Assembly: GCF_000372725.1 (NCBI RefSeq)
Contig: NW_005201421.1
Span: forward strand, 248,001-312,000
Direction: 5' to 3'
Length of the DNA: 64,000 bases
Source of the DNA: Emiliania huxleyi CCMP1516
Taxonomy: Eukaryota
Within the stretch, counting starts at the first letter, position 1, and the number at the start of each line of letters is the position of its first letter. This document shows, one piece after another, positions 1 to 11,863 of the stretch. Under the pieces are notes generated by a model, which was not told the origin of the DNA, searched no databases, and was given only the letters and a program-made list of their open reading frames with translations. Both the position numbers and the translations under genes were made by a program.

Positions 1-350
1 CGCGCGGTCCACGTCTGTTGCGGGCCAGTCTCTCAATGCACAATAGCTTAGCCGGGGTGCGCGTTCGTTCACACTTTTCACGCCGAAATATGTATGTAAC
101 ACTAGTGAGAGGACTCAACTTTGGTGGGGAGAGCCGGTGTGTGTGGCCGTGGACGGCAAATCGTGGAGTTGCGAGTCACGCTCGGGCGGACAGCATCGAT
201 GCCGTCGCCGCGTCGCCGGACGCGGCGGCGAGGCACACGGGCGCCGGCGTGGCGCGTCGGCAGGCCCACCACGAGCGGATGCGCGACGAGCGCGCTCGGG
301 AAGCGGCCGCGGGCGACGCGGAGCTTCCGCCGGAGGACGACGCGGTCGAG

Positions 351-1675
351 ATGGCGAGCGCCGCCCACGTGCTGGACAGCGTGGCGGACGTGGGCCCGAT
401 AAAGCCGCTACCAATGAAAATCCCGGCGCCGTCGCGCCCACAGTACTCGCTCCCTCTCGCTCCACCGCCGCCGGCGAGCACAGACCCGCAGCCCGGGGCC
501 ACGCGGCCGGGCGCCACGGTGATGGCGGCCTCACGGCCGTTCATCGATCCCGACGAGGACATCGCGGCCCTCCTTGAGCGGGCGCACGTTTCTGCGCCCG
601 TCTCCGACAAGGTGGTGCCGCAGCTGCTGGCCCAGGATGTCGGCAACGTCGCAGCGCTGCTCGAGGCGGTCGCCGAGGACGGCCTCGAGGGGCTCGGCCT
701 CGGCAAGGTCGTGCAACGTCAGCTGTGCCGCTGCCTGCCGGCCCTGGGAAGCTGCGACGCGGCTGCGACAGCTTTGTCATCCTTTGCCTCCCTGTCTCCG
801 GTCGGGCCCCCGCTTGGGGCTGCGGCTGGCGGGCAGGCGGGCAGCAGGGCGATGGCCGGCGGCGATGGTGCTGCTGGCGAGCGCTGGCGGCGGCGGCGGT
901 ACGGACGCGGCCGAGGGTGCCGCGCATGCCGCAGACGGGCATGCGACTGCCGCAGCCGGGCTAAGCGGCCCCCGCGGCGGAGATGGGACGCGCTCCGCTA
1001 GCGAGGAGCACGACGGCGGGGCGGCGGCTGGCGGCGAGGGCCGCGGCGGCGCGCGGCCCCAAAGAGGCGGACAGCGGCGCCTGCAGTGCTTCGGATTCTA
1101 CATACAGCGGCGCGGACGCGGAGGAGGCGGTGGCAGGAGGGGGCTCTGGGGCGGCGGAGGCGAGCGCGGCGGCCACGGCCGAGGAGGACAAGCGCGTCCG
1201 GGCGCTGAGGATGGCCCTGCAGCACAAGACGCAGATGCCCGTGACGGACGAGGAGGCCCGGGCTATCCTCCAGGCGCGAGGGGGTCGCGAGATGCCAGTG
1301 ACGGAGGAGGAGTCGCGGGCCATCTTTCGGGCGCGGGGGCACGTCGGGCGCAGCAGGGCTTCCTTTCAGGCGCGGGCGCGCGGGCGGCGCGGCGGGCGCG
1401 CCACGGCATCGCCGGCGCTGGCGAGCAAGGGCGGCGAGAAGCTGTCGCGGCGTGGGAAGAAGGCGGTGGCGAAGGAGGCGGGCGAGGTGGCATCACGCGA
1501 GGAAGGCGAGGCGATTTATCGCGCGACGCTCGAGTCGCTGTTGGCGTCCACCGGGTGGACACCGGACGTGAATACGACGAAGGCGACGACGCTTTCGACG
1601 CGCTCTACGACGGGGGCTCGGGGTACGGGTGGGATTCCTCTTCGGGGGGCGGCGCCTTCTTCTAGGCGCCCTTGA
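351..1675 (+). CDS. Hypothetical protein, possible SAM-like helical segment; structure uncertain (overlapping ORFs, frameshifts or introns)
   Basis: ORFs 18..1001 and 983..1675 read as plausible protein (IAALLERAHVS...LEGLGLGKVVQRQL; MPVTDEEARAILQARG repeated twice); AATAAA near 1708. Confidence 0.3.
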
Positions 1676-2184
1676 CCCAACATAGAGGTAGCCTAGCTTT
1701 TGGTTGTAATAAAATCCTCATCCACACACATGCATGCATGCACACACGCGCGGCATTCCGCACAGCCTCTCGGCGTCGCCCGACTTGCCGGCCCGCGAGG
1801 CACGGACGAGAGCACGTGTGTGGGGTCGACGGTCGTCTCGGAAGCTGCTCCCCTCATGGGCCAAGTGGCACCAATGCCTACTTTCCCCCCCCTCTCGGCT
1901 TCAAGATTGATGTCAATCAACACAACCCCGGGCGGGCCCAAGACGCATAAGTAAGAGAGCTTCGAAGGGAGAGACAGCAATGCCTTCAACTCCGAAAAAA
2001 AGACGAGGTGGAAAATAAAAAAAGAAAAATCCCAACTCGATACGGGAGTTCCTATCCCCGGCTCTACCGGCTGATCGCGGCCACCCGCTTCCACAGCTGC
2101 TTGCCGTCGGGGTGCGGTCGTAGAGCCCGAGACCAGCTGCAGAGGAGCCGAGTGCCGGACAATCAGCACACAACAAGCGTTCCG

Positions 2185-5100
2185 ATGCTCAACTCCACTG
2201 CCGTGATCACCAACGAGACGGCGCCCTTGCTCAACGACACTTGCGAGGATGGGCTCCTCCTTGCCGGACCGCTCCGCACGCACCGCAACGCCCTGATCTA
2301 CATGGCGGCGTTGCTCTGGACGTTCCTCGGCGTCGCGATCGCAGCCGACGCCTTTATGCTTGGCATCGAAACGATCACGTCGCAGGAGCAGGCAAAGACC
2401 GTGGTCGTCGACGGGAGGAAGCGCGTCTACTCCCTCAAAATCTGGAATGCCACCGTCGCCAACCTCACCCTCATGGCTCTCGGCTCGAGCGCGCCAGAGA
2501 TCCTCCTCTCGCTCATCGAGATTGTCTCTTCGGGCTTCTACTCGGGAGAGCTCGGACCCTCGACCATCGTCGGCTCTGCCGCCTTCAACCTCTTCATCAT
2601 CGCCGCTGTATGCGTCGTCGCCGTCGCGGCACCAAAAAAGGTGGCAGACACGGGCGTTTTCTCCATCACCGCCGCCGCCTCGGTGTTTGCATATGTGTGG
2701 CTCGCCTACATCCTCCTCGTCTCGTCGCCAAACGTCATCGAGGTGTGGGAGGGTGCCGCCACGCTCGCCTTCTTCCCGCTCCTCGTCTGGCTCTCGCATA
2801 GATGCGGAATACGTGTCCCGCCTCCCACCCTCTCCGCCCAGCTGCGCACTATGTATAGGCGCTCCCTCGCCGACGTCGAACCCTTCTCGGACCCTTCTCG
2901 GGCCCTCTTCTAAGGTCCCCTCGGGCCCTCCCACAGGCTCGCCTACCTCGCCGACGTCGGGGCCTTCTCGTGCCCCGACAAGGCGCGGCCGGCGACGCAC
3001 GTGGTGGTCGCCTTCACCCGCGACGGAAAGCCGATCAGGCACCGCAGCTTCGCGCGCGAAGCTGCAACGCAATGGGCGTCTCTCTCCCGAGCCCTGTCGG
3101 AGTCCTCTCGCACAGGCGCGGCGACTTGGCGCGCGAGCTGCAGCGCATGGATCCCGACGCGGCAGACGGGACGAGCGACGCGCAGGGCCTCGCCTCGTAC
3201 CTCGCCTCCTCGCTAGGCACCCTCAGGTCTGAGAAGCACGCTTGAGAGGGATGAGAGTGGTGGTGATACTCGCTCGTTCGGCACCCTCCGGCCACCAGGT
3301 CCATCTCAAAACCCCCCAGCTACTCTGCCATGTGCGTGACATGTCCGTGCCACGCCCTCTCAGGTCGCGGGCCGCGTACCGGGTCGCCACGACGCGAGGG
3401 GCGACGGGAGTGGCAGCGCCGCAGGCGAGGGCGGCAGCGGAACAGGAGGTCGCACCGCCGCCGTCGGCGGCAGTCCTGTCGTTTGCGGTTAGCGGTGCGG
3501 CCTTCTCTGAGGGTGCCAAGGAGGCGAGCCTTGTGGTGGAGCGGTCCGGGGAGGAGCTCGCGAGGGTCTCGTCGAGCGGACTAGCTGGTCAGTGCTGATC
3601 GAGCCACTGCCTCTCATTGGCTCGCCAATAGGAGCTCGACTGGGAGGGGAGCGTCGAGTACGAGTCTCGGGACGGCACCGCGCACGCGGGCCAAGACTAC
3701 ACCGCCGTGTCTGGCCGCCTCTGCTTCGCGCGCGGGCAGCGTTCGGCCGTCCTCGCGGTGCCTCCCTCTCTTCGACGGCAGCCCTTCCCACGACCTTGTC
3801 CACCTTCTCCAGAGCCCTCTCTGCACCCGTCCAGGTGCCTCTGCTCGACGACGAGGTGGCGGAGGAGGACGAAACCTTCTTTGTCGACTTGGCGCCGCCC
3901 GCCACCCCTCCCCCTCCCCGCCTGCCTCTCGCCCTCCCCCTCCCCGCCTGCCTCTCGCCCTCCCCCTCCCCGCCTGCCTCTCGCCCTCCCCCTCACCTCC
4001 TCGAGATCACTTCGCCCTCCCCCCGGTGCTCCCGCCGTGCAGCACCGCCCCTCCGCCGGCGCACGGCTAGGGCGGCGGAGCACGATGGCGGTGACCATCA
4101 TCGACGACGACGGCCCGGGCGAGGTCACCTTCGCCGTCGCGGAGACGCGGGTGCGCGAGTCGCAGCGCGTGGCGGTGCTCGAGGTCGAGCGCAAGCGCGG
4201 CGTGCAGGGCGCCGTCTCCGTCGGCTGGCGCACCGCCGACGGCACCGCCCTCGCCTCGCGCGACTACGTCCCCGGCCGCGGGCGGCTCACCTTCGCGCCG
4301 GGCGTGACGCGCGCCGCGATCGAGGTGGAGATCATCGACGACGGCGCTTACGACCTCGCCGACGAGAGCTTCGCCGTCGTCCTCGACGAGCCGGGCGGCG
4401 GCGCCTCGCTCGGCGAGATCGGCCGCGCGGTGCGGTCGATTGTCGAGGGAGCGACCGCCTTCTCTGAGCCGCCTCTGCACTCCTCCGAACCTCTCCCTGC
4501 TCTAGGTGGTTGTCATCGAGAGCGACGACGAGCGGCGCGCGCTCGTCAAGCAGGTCGCCAGCCTCATGTCCCTCAACGTGGACGCGATGCAGCTCGCCGG
4601 CGCTTCGTGGCGCGAGCAGCTCGCAGAGGCCGTCACCTTCGAGCCGCCCCGCCAGGCCACCACCGCGCGCGCCCTCGACGGACCCCTCCTCGGCGGCGCC
4701 TCTCCGCCCGCCGCCTTGTCGCTCAGCTGCCCGTTCGCGTTTGCCGGCTTCGCGCTGGCCTTGCCGTGGCGCCTCCTCTTCGCGCTCACCCCTCCTCCGC
4801 GCGTGGCCGGCGGCTGGGCTTGTTTCTTCGTCGCGCTGGTCGGCATCGGAGTCATCACCGCGCTGGTCGGCGACCTCGCCGCGCACATGGGTTGCTGCCT
4901 CGGCATGAAGCCCGCCGTCACCGCCATCACCTTTGTCGCGCTCGGCACCTCCCTCCCCGACACCTTCGCATCGCGCACCGCCGCCGTCAAGGAGAGAGTC
5001 GGCGCCTGCTCGACCTGAGTGTCCGTCTCGCCCATATGCCCTCGCGCCCCTGTAGGAGCGGCACGCGGACTCGTCGATCGGCAACATCACCGGCTCCAAC

Positions 5101-5514
5101 TCGGTCAACGTCTTCCTCGGCCTCGGCCTGCCGTGGCTGGCGGCGGCGCTCTTCTGGGCCTCACCGCGAGGCGCCGCGCAGGAGGCGAGCTGGCGCGACC
5201 GCTACCGCGGCGAGGCGTGGTACTCGGAGGCGATGCCCGTCGCCTTTGTAGTGGCCAGCGGCGACCTCGGCTTCTCGGTCGCCGTCTTCACCGTGCTCGC
5301 CCTCGTCTGCCTCGCCGTGCTCGTGGCGCGCCGCGCTACCGTCGGAGGAGAGCTGGGCGGCGGGGCGGCCTCCAAGTACTCGACCGCCACCCTCTTCACG
5401 GCACTCTGGCTGGGGTACATCTGGCTCTCAATCGCAAAGACCGAGGGCGACCCGCGGCTCGCGCGCCTGCTGCAGCAGCTGCCGCCGCAGGCGCGGGCGC
5501 TGCTCGGCGCGTGA
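2185..5514 (+). CDS. NCX: Na+/Ca2+ exchanger (NCX family) with two Calx-beta domains, multi-exon
   Basis: alpha-1 motif WNATVANLTLMALGSSAPEILLS, GPSTIVGSAAFNLF; Calx-beta motifs (DGTAHAGQDY, TADGTALASRDY, IIDDD); alpha-2 motif ITFVALGTSLPDTFAS and ADSSIGNITGSNSVNVFLGLG; introns e.g. 2790-2936, 3039-3115, 3758-3834, 4430-4505. Confidence 0.95.
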
Positions 5515-5870
5515 GGAGGGGTGCGGGAGAGGGCAGGCGCGCACGGGCGGGGGCCGAGTCTCCCGGGAGGCGGGAGGCACACACTCCACACTAGAGCGTG
5601 AGGCACGTTAGGAGGTGTGGTTTAGTAGTTCGTCGCGGGAGTATTTTGTTGTGCACTATGCACTGTATACGTTACTGTGAGTATTGTTTATTGATATTGT
5701 GCGCTCATGTGAGAGAGATTTTAGAAAACTCATCTGCCGGTGTAGTACACACGTATGTCAGCCGTGGCCCGTGGTGCACGGTATCCGACCTTCCACGCCA
5801 AAGCGGCGGGAGAAGAAAGAAAGAAAGGCGCGGCCACAACCCAAGAGCTGGCTGTCACCTGCAATATATC

Positions 5871-5918
5871 TTGGAGCACTTGGAGTGCAGTCAGTAACCT
5901 CACATCCAGGGCCGGGGA
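5871..5918 (-). mobile_element. Dispersed terminal-like repeat GGCCCTGGATGTGAGGTT...CACTCCAAGTGCTCCAAG
   Basis: Reverse complement matches 28201-28252 and 46355-46392. Confidence 0.6.
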
Positions 5919-5979
5919 GCTGAGGAGCGCACCCAGCGGGCCGGATGATCGGTATCGGGCTACGGGCTAGAGAGCCCTG

Positions 5980-6290
5980 ACCCCTAGCTAGGGGGGGTGC
6001 GCATTCGCAGGGCCATAACACGTCTCCGAGGGATGGTTCTGCGCTGCCGGGTACTTGGGGGTTCCCCTTAGCTGCGGAACGCACCCTCTTCCTCGACCGT
6101 GGGGGGGTGCGCGGTCGCAGGGCCATAACACGGGTCTCCGAGGGTTAGCTCTGCGCTCCGGGTTTCCCCCAGCGGCGGAATTTTTCCCTCGCGCTGTGGG
6201 TCCCCCTAGCTGCGGAACGCCCCCTCTACTCGGAGCTAAAGAATACTCTCCGAGGGTTAGCCCCGCGTACCAGGTTTCCCCTTAACTGCA
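5980..6290. repeat. Degenerate ~110-bp tandem repeat
   Basis: Recurring GGGGGGGTGCGC..CGCAGGGCCATAACACG, CTCCGAGGG and CCCCTAGCTGCGGAACGC units. Confidence 0.7.
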
Positions 6291-6366
6291 GGACGAGATC
6301 TGGGCATCTCGCAGGTGTTTTTCTTCGGCCGCCCAACTCTGTCGGCGTCCCCTCGCGAGTTCACGT

Positions 6367-8796
6367 ATGGCCGCTGTGCGGTCGCCTCGTGCCACGCCTG
6401 GCACCAAGCCGCCAACGCCGAGCGGCGGCGGCTGGTTCGACGTGGGCGGCAAGGAGCGTATTGAGCTGGCTTCGCGCAACGAGGCCCTCGGCGAGGAGGT
6501 GCGGCTCAAGGAGGCGCAGCTCCGGATGCTCCGGGTCCTGCAAAAGACATCCGCGCGAGAGGGACGCATTGACCGCTGGCGGCTGCAGACGACGGCGCCG
6601 GTCTTCTCCGCCTGGCGACGCGCGGTCACCGCGTGGCGCGCCGAGCGGCAGCTCGAGGCGGAGCGGGCCGCGAGGGCGGCAGCCGTGTCGGCGGCCGAGG
6701 AGAAGGGAGGGCAGGTGGGGGCACTCGCCGACCGCGTGGCCCGCGTAAAGAGCAACGCGCAGGCCAAGCTCTCCGAGCTCTCCGCCGCCAACCAGCTGCT
6801 CGCCAAGGCGCTGCGAGGACCGCAGCCGCCAGCAGAGGCGGTCCCGCGCCCGACGGCCCGCGCCCGCCCGCCGCGCCTCTGCAGGCGCTCGAGGAGAAGG
6901 ACAAGGCGGCCGTCTCGCTGGAGGCGCGGGTGAAGCACCTGCAGCGCACCGCCGGCGCGCAGGGCGAGCGCGAGGTCGAGCTCTCCCTGAAGCTCGAGCA
7001 GCAGGCCGACGCACTTGCGCAGGGAGAGAGGGAGAGGCAGCGGCTCGAGGCCGCGGCCGCAGCGGCGCGGAGAGAGAGCGACGCGCAGAGGGAGGCCGGG
7101 TCGGCGGCGGTGGCCAACGAGGCGGCGGCGGCGATGGCGCTGCGGACCACGCTGGGCGCGCTGCGTGCCGCCGACTCGGAGCTCCAAGTCGCGAGAGGCG
7201 AGTGGCTGAGCAGGCAGAGGCGGCTGCTGGTGCGGCGCACGGCGCCTCTTCACGGCAGACGGGCTGTGAACAGGCGAGCTCGCCGCGGAGAGAGGGCTGA
7301 GTGTGCGGCTCGCGGCGCGCCGCGGAGGCGAGAGCCGAGGGGCCCGGCGCGTGGTCTCTGAGAGCGCGCCGGTGTGGTTTGTCCCGTAGGCTCGCGTGGA
7401 GGGGCTGGAGGCGGAGGGCGCCAGTCTCGAGGCGGAGGCGCCGAACCTTCCCGGAACCTTCTCGGAGCCTTGCTGCAGGCGGAGGCGGCGTGTCTCAAGG
7501 CGGAGGCGGCGGCGGCGCGCACACTCGCCGTGATCGACGAGGGCCCGCGCAGTGCGACTCCGCGGCGCATGCCGGCCTCGCGGCAGGCGGCGCGCGGGCA
7601 GGCGGGGTCGGCTGGGAGAGGGACGGCACGCAGCATGTCGCTGGGGGGGGCGGCGTCGGGCGGGAGGGGGGAGGGGAGGGGGGAGGCGACCGGCCCCTCC
7701 CCGCCCCTCTCGCCGAGGGGCGGCACTTTGGCTGCGCACACGCCCCTCGGCGGTTGCGGCGGAGGGTGGGGCTTGGGCGACAGCTGGCGGAGCGGGCGAG
7801 ACCGCCGCCGCGAGACGCGCACTTCTTTGACACACTCTGAAGGAGGAGGCGTGTGTGCGCGAGGAGTAGGCAGACGCTGCTCGAGCTCCACCTCGACAAG
7901 TGGCAGCGGGCGCTGCTCGCGACGTGCGTCCCGCGTGTGTGCACCGGTCCCGTCCACGGACACGTCCATGACGCGTCCACGGCACGTCCCCGCAGGTGCT
8001 TCTGGGGGTGGGCGGACCGCGTGGGGTGGCGGAAGCAGCTCGAGGCGCGGCGGGAGAGCGCGCGGAGGGTGCCCCCCCCCCCGACCCTTCTCTGGCCGGC
8101 GTGTGCTCCTCAGGCGGAGCGAGAGCCCGTCGCCGACGCCGAGGCGCGCGTGGAGGCGGTCTGGAGACCGCGCGAGGAGCGGCAGGTGGCGCACGTGGCG
8201 GCGCTCGCCGCGTCGCTGAGGGAGAGCGAGGCGGGGGCGGCAGAGCTGTCTGCGCACGCGAGTGAGCTTGCCGAGCGGCTGAGGGTCGAGACGGAGGCGC
8301 GGGAGAGCCTGGCGTCGCAGCTGTCTGCGACGGCGGCGGTGCGCACCCCTGTGGTGTGTGTGTGTGTGTGNNNNNNNNNNNNNNNNNNNNNNNNNNNNNN
8401 NNNNNNNNNNNNNNNNNNNNNNNNNNNNNNNNNNNNNNNNNNNNNNNNNNNNNNNNNNNNNNNNNNNNNNCCATGAAGACCCTGGCGACCCTCCCCCGCC
8501 CCCCCCACACACACACACCCCCACACACACCCCCCCACCCCCCGCCCCCTCTCCAGGCTCTCGCGGAGGATGAGGCGAGGACGCTCGCCTTGCTCGACCG
8601 CCAGCGAGCCGCCCGCGCCGCCATGCTCGGCAAGATGTCGGGCGGCGCCTCGTCGGCTGCCTCCTCGACGCCGCCCTCGCCCGGCGCCCTCGCCCCCGCG
8701 CCGCTCAGCTCGCCGTTCGGGCCCGCAGCGTCGCCCGCGGTCGCCGTGCCGCCTCCAGCCTCGCCGGCGGGCCAAGGGGACTCGCCGGCGACGTAG
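6367..8796 (+). CDS. Coiled-coil protein, multi-exon, spans an N gap
   Basis: Ala/Glu/Arg heptad-rich exons joined by GC/GT-AG introns (6808-6884, 7411-7478 and others); stop at 8796. Confidence 0.6.
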
Positions 8797-9440
8797 CGCG
8801 ACGGCGCCAGGCCCGCTGCGAGGAACGGTTATTGGGGTGGGCGGAGGCGCCCAGATATAGGCTGCCTTCGTGTGTACCCCCCAGTGATGAGATTCTGATC
8901 AGTCAGGTCCCCGCCGAAGGACGAAGGTGAGCCGGGGGCGCGAGCCGCGAGGCGCCGGGAGGACGGAGGAGTCGGGACACACGGCGACGACACGGCTCAC
9001 GGGAGAGGTCAGAGGAGCGAGTTTGGTATGTCCCATGTGCACCTCGCGCGTGTGTGAGTCTTCACACTTCAGAAGAGGAAATGTCCAAAACCCCCGCGCG
9101 CGGCGCGCGCCCGGGGACCGAGACGAATACACGAAGTTAGTTTGTAAGTTAGTACAATTCCCACTGCGCGGATACATCGCGCGCAGTAGATTACAAGAGC
9201 ACACATATATTGTGGGAGCAACACGGCATGTTTGTGGACACACAGCTGGCAGGGCGAGCGAGCGATAAGAGCATGTCGTGTCGCATGCGGCGCGCTCGCC
9301 CCGTGAGCGGAAAGCAACCGCTAGCCTCTGCGCTCGCGACACCACGGCGTGCGGTACGGAGGACGCCGCGGGGCTAGTCGACATCGGATCCCGCTCGTCA
9401 AGGGAGTTGGCGGGTCCGCAGCGCTCGGACCGCGACCGCC

Positions 9441-11342
9441 TTAGCGGCGGCGGGCGATCGAGACGCCGATGGAGAGGGCGGCGAGGCCGACGAGCACCGC
9501 GGAGAGCGCGAGGAGCGGGCGCGGCGTCGCCGCGCCCGCTCCGGCGCCGGTGCCCTCCTCGGCCGCGAGCGGGCTCGAGGGCGCCTCCGACGCCGCGTGC
9601 GAAGTGCCGTGGCTCGACGCCGTGGCGAGCAGGGGCGAGGCGAGGCCCTGGGAGCCGAGCTGCCAGCCGGCGGGCTCGTCGACCTCGACGCGGAAGGGGG
9701 CGTTCACGTCCACAAGCTCCTGCCTCGAGAGCGGCGCCCCGCCCTCCCCCACCACGTTGCCCGCCTCGTCGATCGCGCCCTGCACCGCCTCGACGAAGGA
9801 GACGAGGTCGAAGCCGAGCAGCGGCGACGAGGCGCCGAGCGGCGGCGCGGCGCCGGCGAAGGAGCGCTCGCGCTTCAGGCCGCTCTCGGGCCTCTGCGAC
9901 GGGTCGTCGAGGGTGGCGGCGGCGACGGTGGGGAGGGTGGGCGGGGCCTCGAACTGCGACGTGAAGAACTGCGACATGACGGGCACCGAGACCACCGCCG
10001 GCTGCTGGTGCGCGCCGTAGGCGGGCAGGGAAGGCGGCGAGGGAGCAGCGTGCGGGAGGCGGATCGAGACGGAGTTGTCGAGCGGCGAGGAACGCTGCTC
10101 GATCGACGAGGCGAGCTGCTCCGCCGCGACCCCGATCGGCGCGTCGAATGACTCGTCGACCACCGAGGCGGCCGCGAGGGGAGGGAGGCCGAGCGAGAAG
10201 CTGTTGGAGGGGACGACGGGGCCCGCGCCTCGGCGGCGGCTGGTGGCGGGGAGGGCGGAGAGGGGGATCTCGTTCCCGCTGTTCGCCGCCGCCGCGCGCA
10301 GCGTCGCCGCCTCCTTTTGCAGCCGCATCCACCGGTTGCGGACAGACGAGTCGGACCGGCCGGGCAGCGAGGCGGCAATCTGGCGCCACTTGAGGCCGAA
10401 GCGGCGGACGCCCTCCTCGATGAGCTGGTCCTCGTGGGCAGTCCACATGGCGCGGCCGTGGTCCGAGCCCTTGATGCACACCTGGGGCGGGCGGGGGGCG
10501 GGGGGCTGACGCGCGGAAGGATGCGCCAAGCTGGGGACGATCGCGACGGGGACGCGNNNNNNNNNNNNNNNNNNNNNNNNNNNNNNNNNNNNNNNNNNNN
10601 NNNNNNNNNNNNNNNNNNNNNNNNNNNNNNNNNNNNNNNNNNNNNNNNNNNNNNNNGGGGGGGGTGCGTGGCGCGCGCGCAAGGAAGCAGGCGCGAATCT
10701 GGTGGTTTTGGCGCGCGTTCGGGGGGTGCGGGGAAGGGGCGCGGCTCGCACCTCGTCGCCGGGGTAGGGGCCGCCGGCCTCGAGGTTGGGCGGTACCCAG
10801 TCCTTGTCGAAGCCGCACGCGATCAGCAGCGCGTCGAGGGCAGCGCGCCCCTCCTCAGTGTCGCCGAGCGAATGCGACTTTTGCAGCCGGTGCCACCGGT
10901 TGCGCACCGCGTCGGCGGTGCGGCCGGGCAGCTGGGCGGCGATGCGGTTCCACTGCGTGCCGAGGCGCCGCGCGGAGGCGAGGATCGCAAGGTCCTCCGT
11001 CGAGGTCCACCCCACCTTTCTCCGCCGCTTGTACGCCGTGTCGGGGTCTGTGGAGGAGCGCGACTCGGTGCGCGGCTCCGAGTGGATGGGCGAGTCGAGC
11101 ACGATCGCCTTGACGGGCGCGTGCGCGACCGGCTCGAAGCTGATGTCGGTCATGTCCGTGGTGGATCCGGTCTCGGACGAATCGCTGGCCTCGCCCATCG
11201 AGTGCTTCTGCGTCGACTCCTCGCGCTGGAGGTAGCCGCGCAGCCACTCGAACTCCGACTCCTTGATGTTCATCTGCTTGTAGCCACCGACGTAGCCGCC
11301 CCTGAGGGGCGGGACCGAATCGCTGGCGCCGGCGGCCGGCAT
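9441..11342 (-). CDS. Myb-family transcription factor with two Myb/SANT repeats and a hydrophobic C-terminus
   Basis: WTSTEDLAIL...GTQWNRIAAQLPGRTADAVRNRW and WTAHEDQLI...GLKWRQIAASLPGRSDSSVRNRW; one intron across the N gap. Confidence 0.9.
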   Translation of the reverse strand: MPAAGASDSVPPLRGGYVGGYKQMNIKESEFEWLRGYLQREESTQKHSMGEASDSSETGSTTDMTDISFEPVAHAPVKAIVLDSPIHSEPRTESRSSTDPDTAYKRRRKVGWTSTEDLAILASARRLGTQWNRIAAQLPGRTADAVRNRWHRLQKSHSLGDTEEGRAALDALLIACGFDKDWVPPNLEAGGPYPGDEVRAAPLPRTPRTRAKTTRFAPASLRARHAPPXXXXXXXXXXXXXXXXXXXXXXXXXXXXXXXXXXRVPVAIVPSLAHPSARQPPAPRPPQVCIKGSDHGRAMWTAHEDQLIEEGVRRFGLKWRQIAASLPGRSDSSVRNRWMRLQKEAATLRAAAANSGNEIPLSALPATSRRRGAGPVVPSNSFSLGLPPLAAASVVDESFDAPIGVAAEQLASSIEQRSSPLDNSVSIRLPHAAPSPPSLPAYGAHQQPAVVSVPVMSQFFTSQFEAPPTLPTVAAATLDDPSQRPESGLKRERSFAGAAPPLGASSPLLGFDLVSFVEAVQGAIDEAGNVVGEGGAPLSRQELVDVNAPFRVEVDEPAGWQLGSQGLASPLLATASSHGTSHAASEAPSSPLAAEEGTGAGAGAATPRPLLALSAVLVGLAALSIGVSIARRR

Positions 11343-11599
11343 TGGTCGCAAAAGGAGCTGGGCCGGCGAGCTGTCTCGGAAGCGCTTGCCAATCTAGGTC
11401 AAGCAAGGAAGAAAAGCATCAGTGACGGCGTGCCAACTACGGACGTACGGACACATGTGTAAGAGCGCGCACGAGTGGGTGTGCGAGCAATATCGAAAGA
11501 CAGTGAGGCCAGGATCGCACACGGCAGGGGTGGCGGGACGGTTGTGGAGCGAAGTGGCAGTAGCCAGCCTCAAGCATCGATGGGATAATTAACAAGAGC

Positions 11600-11697
11600 G
11601 CTGTAGAGCTCTATTCGGCGCGTGACGATGTGAGTCGCCTGTAGAGCGATGTAGAGCGCGATTTTGCTGTAGAGTTTGTTGTAGAGGCTCTACAGCC
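11600..11697. repeat. Cluster of TGTAGAG motifs
   Basis: Five TGTAGAG copies plus inverted CTCTACA; same motif clustered at 40636-40706. Confidence 0.6.
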
Positions 11698-11863
11698 AAA
11701 CCGCCGGGAAGGCAGTGACTCAAAGAGGTCGAGCCGCGCTAATGGGGTGTCTCCGAGCTTACTGGACGGCTCTGATGGACAGCCCTGACTACTGGGCTGG
11801 GTTTTTTAGGCATTGTGGGGTTGGCACTCCCATCGACCCTCATGACCTCCTGCGGTCTCTGAG

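Noticed and set aside
5980..6290. Repeat-spacer-like pattern suggesting CRISPR
   Set aside because: Units are degenerate, the 'spacers' are also similar to each other, there are no cas genes and the context is eukaryotic.
6282..8633. 783-aa and many other long antisense or alternative-frame ORFs
   Set aside because: Arg/Ala/Pro-rich shadows expected at this GC content; they overlap better-supported genes.
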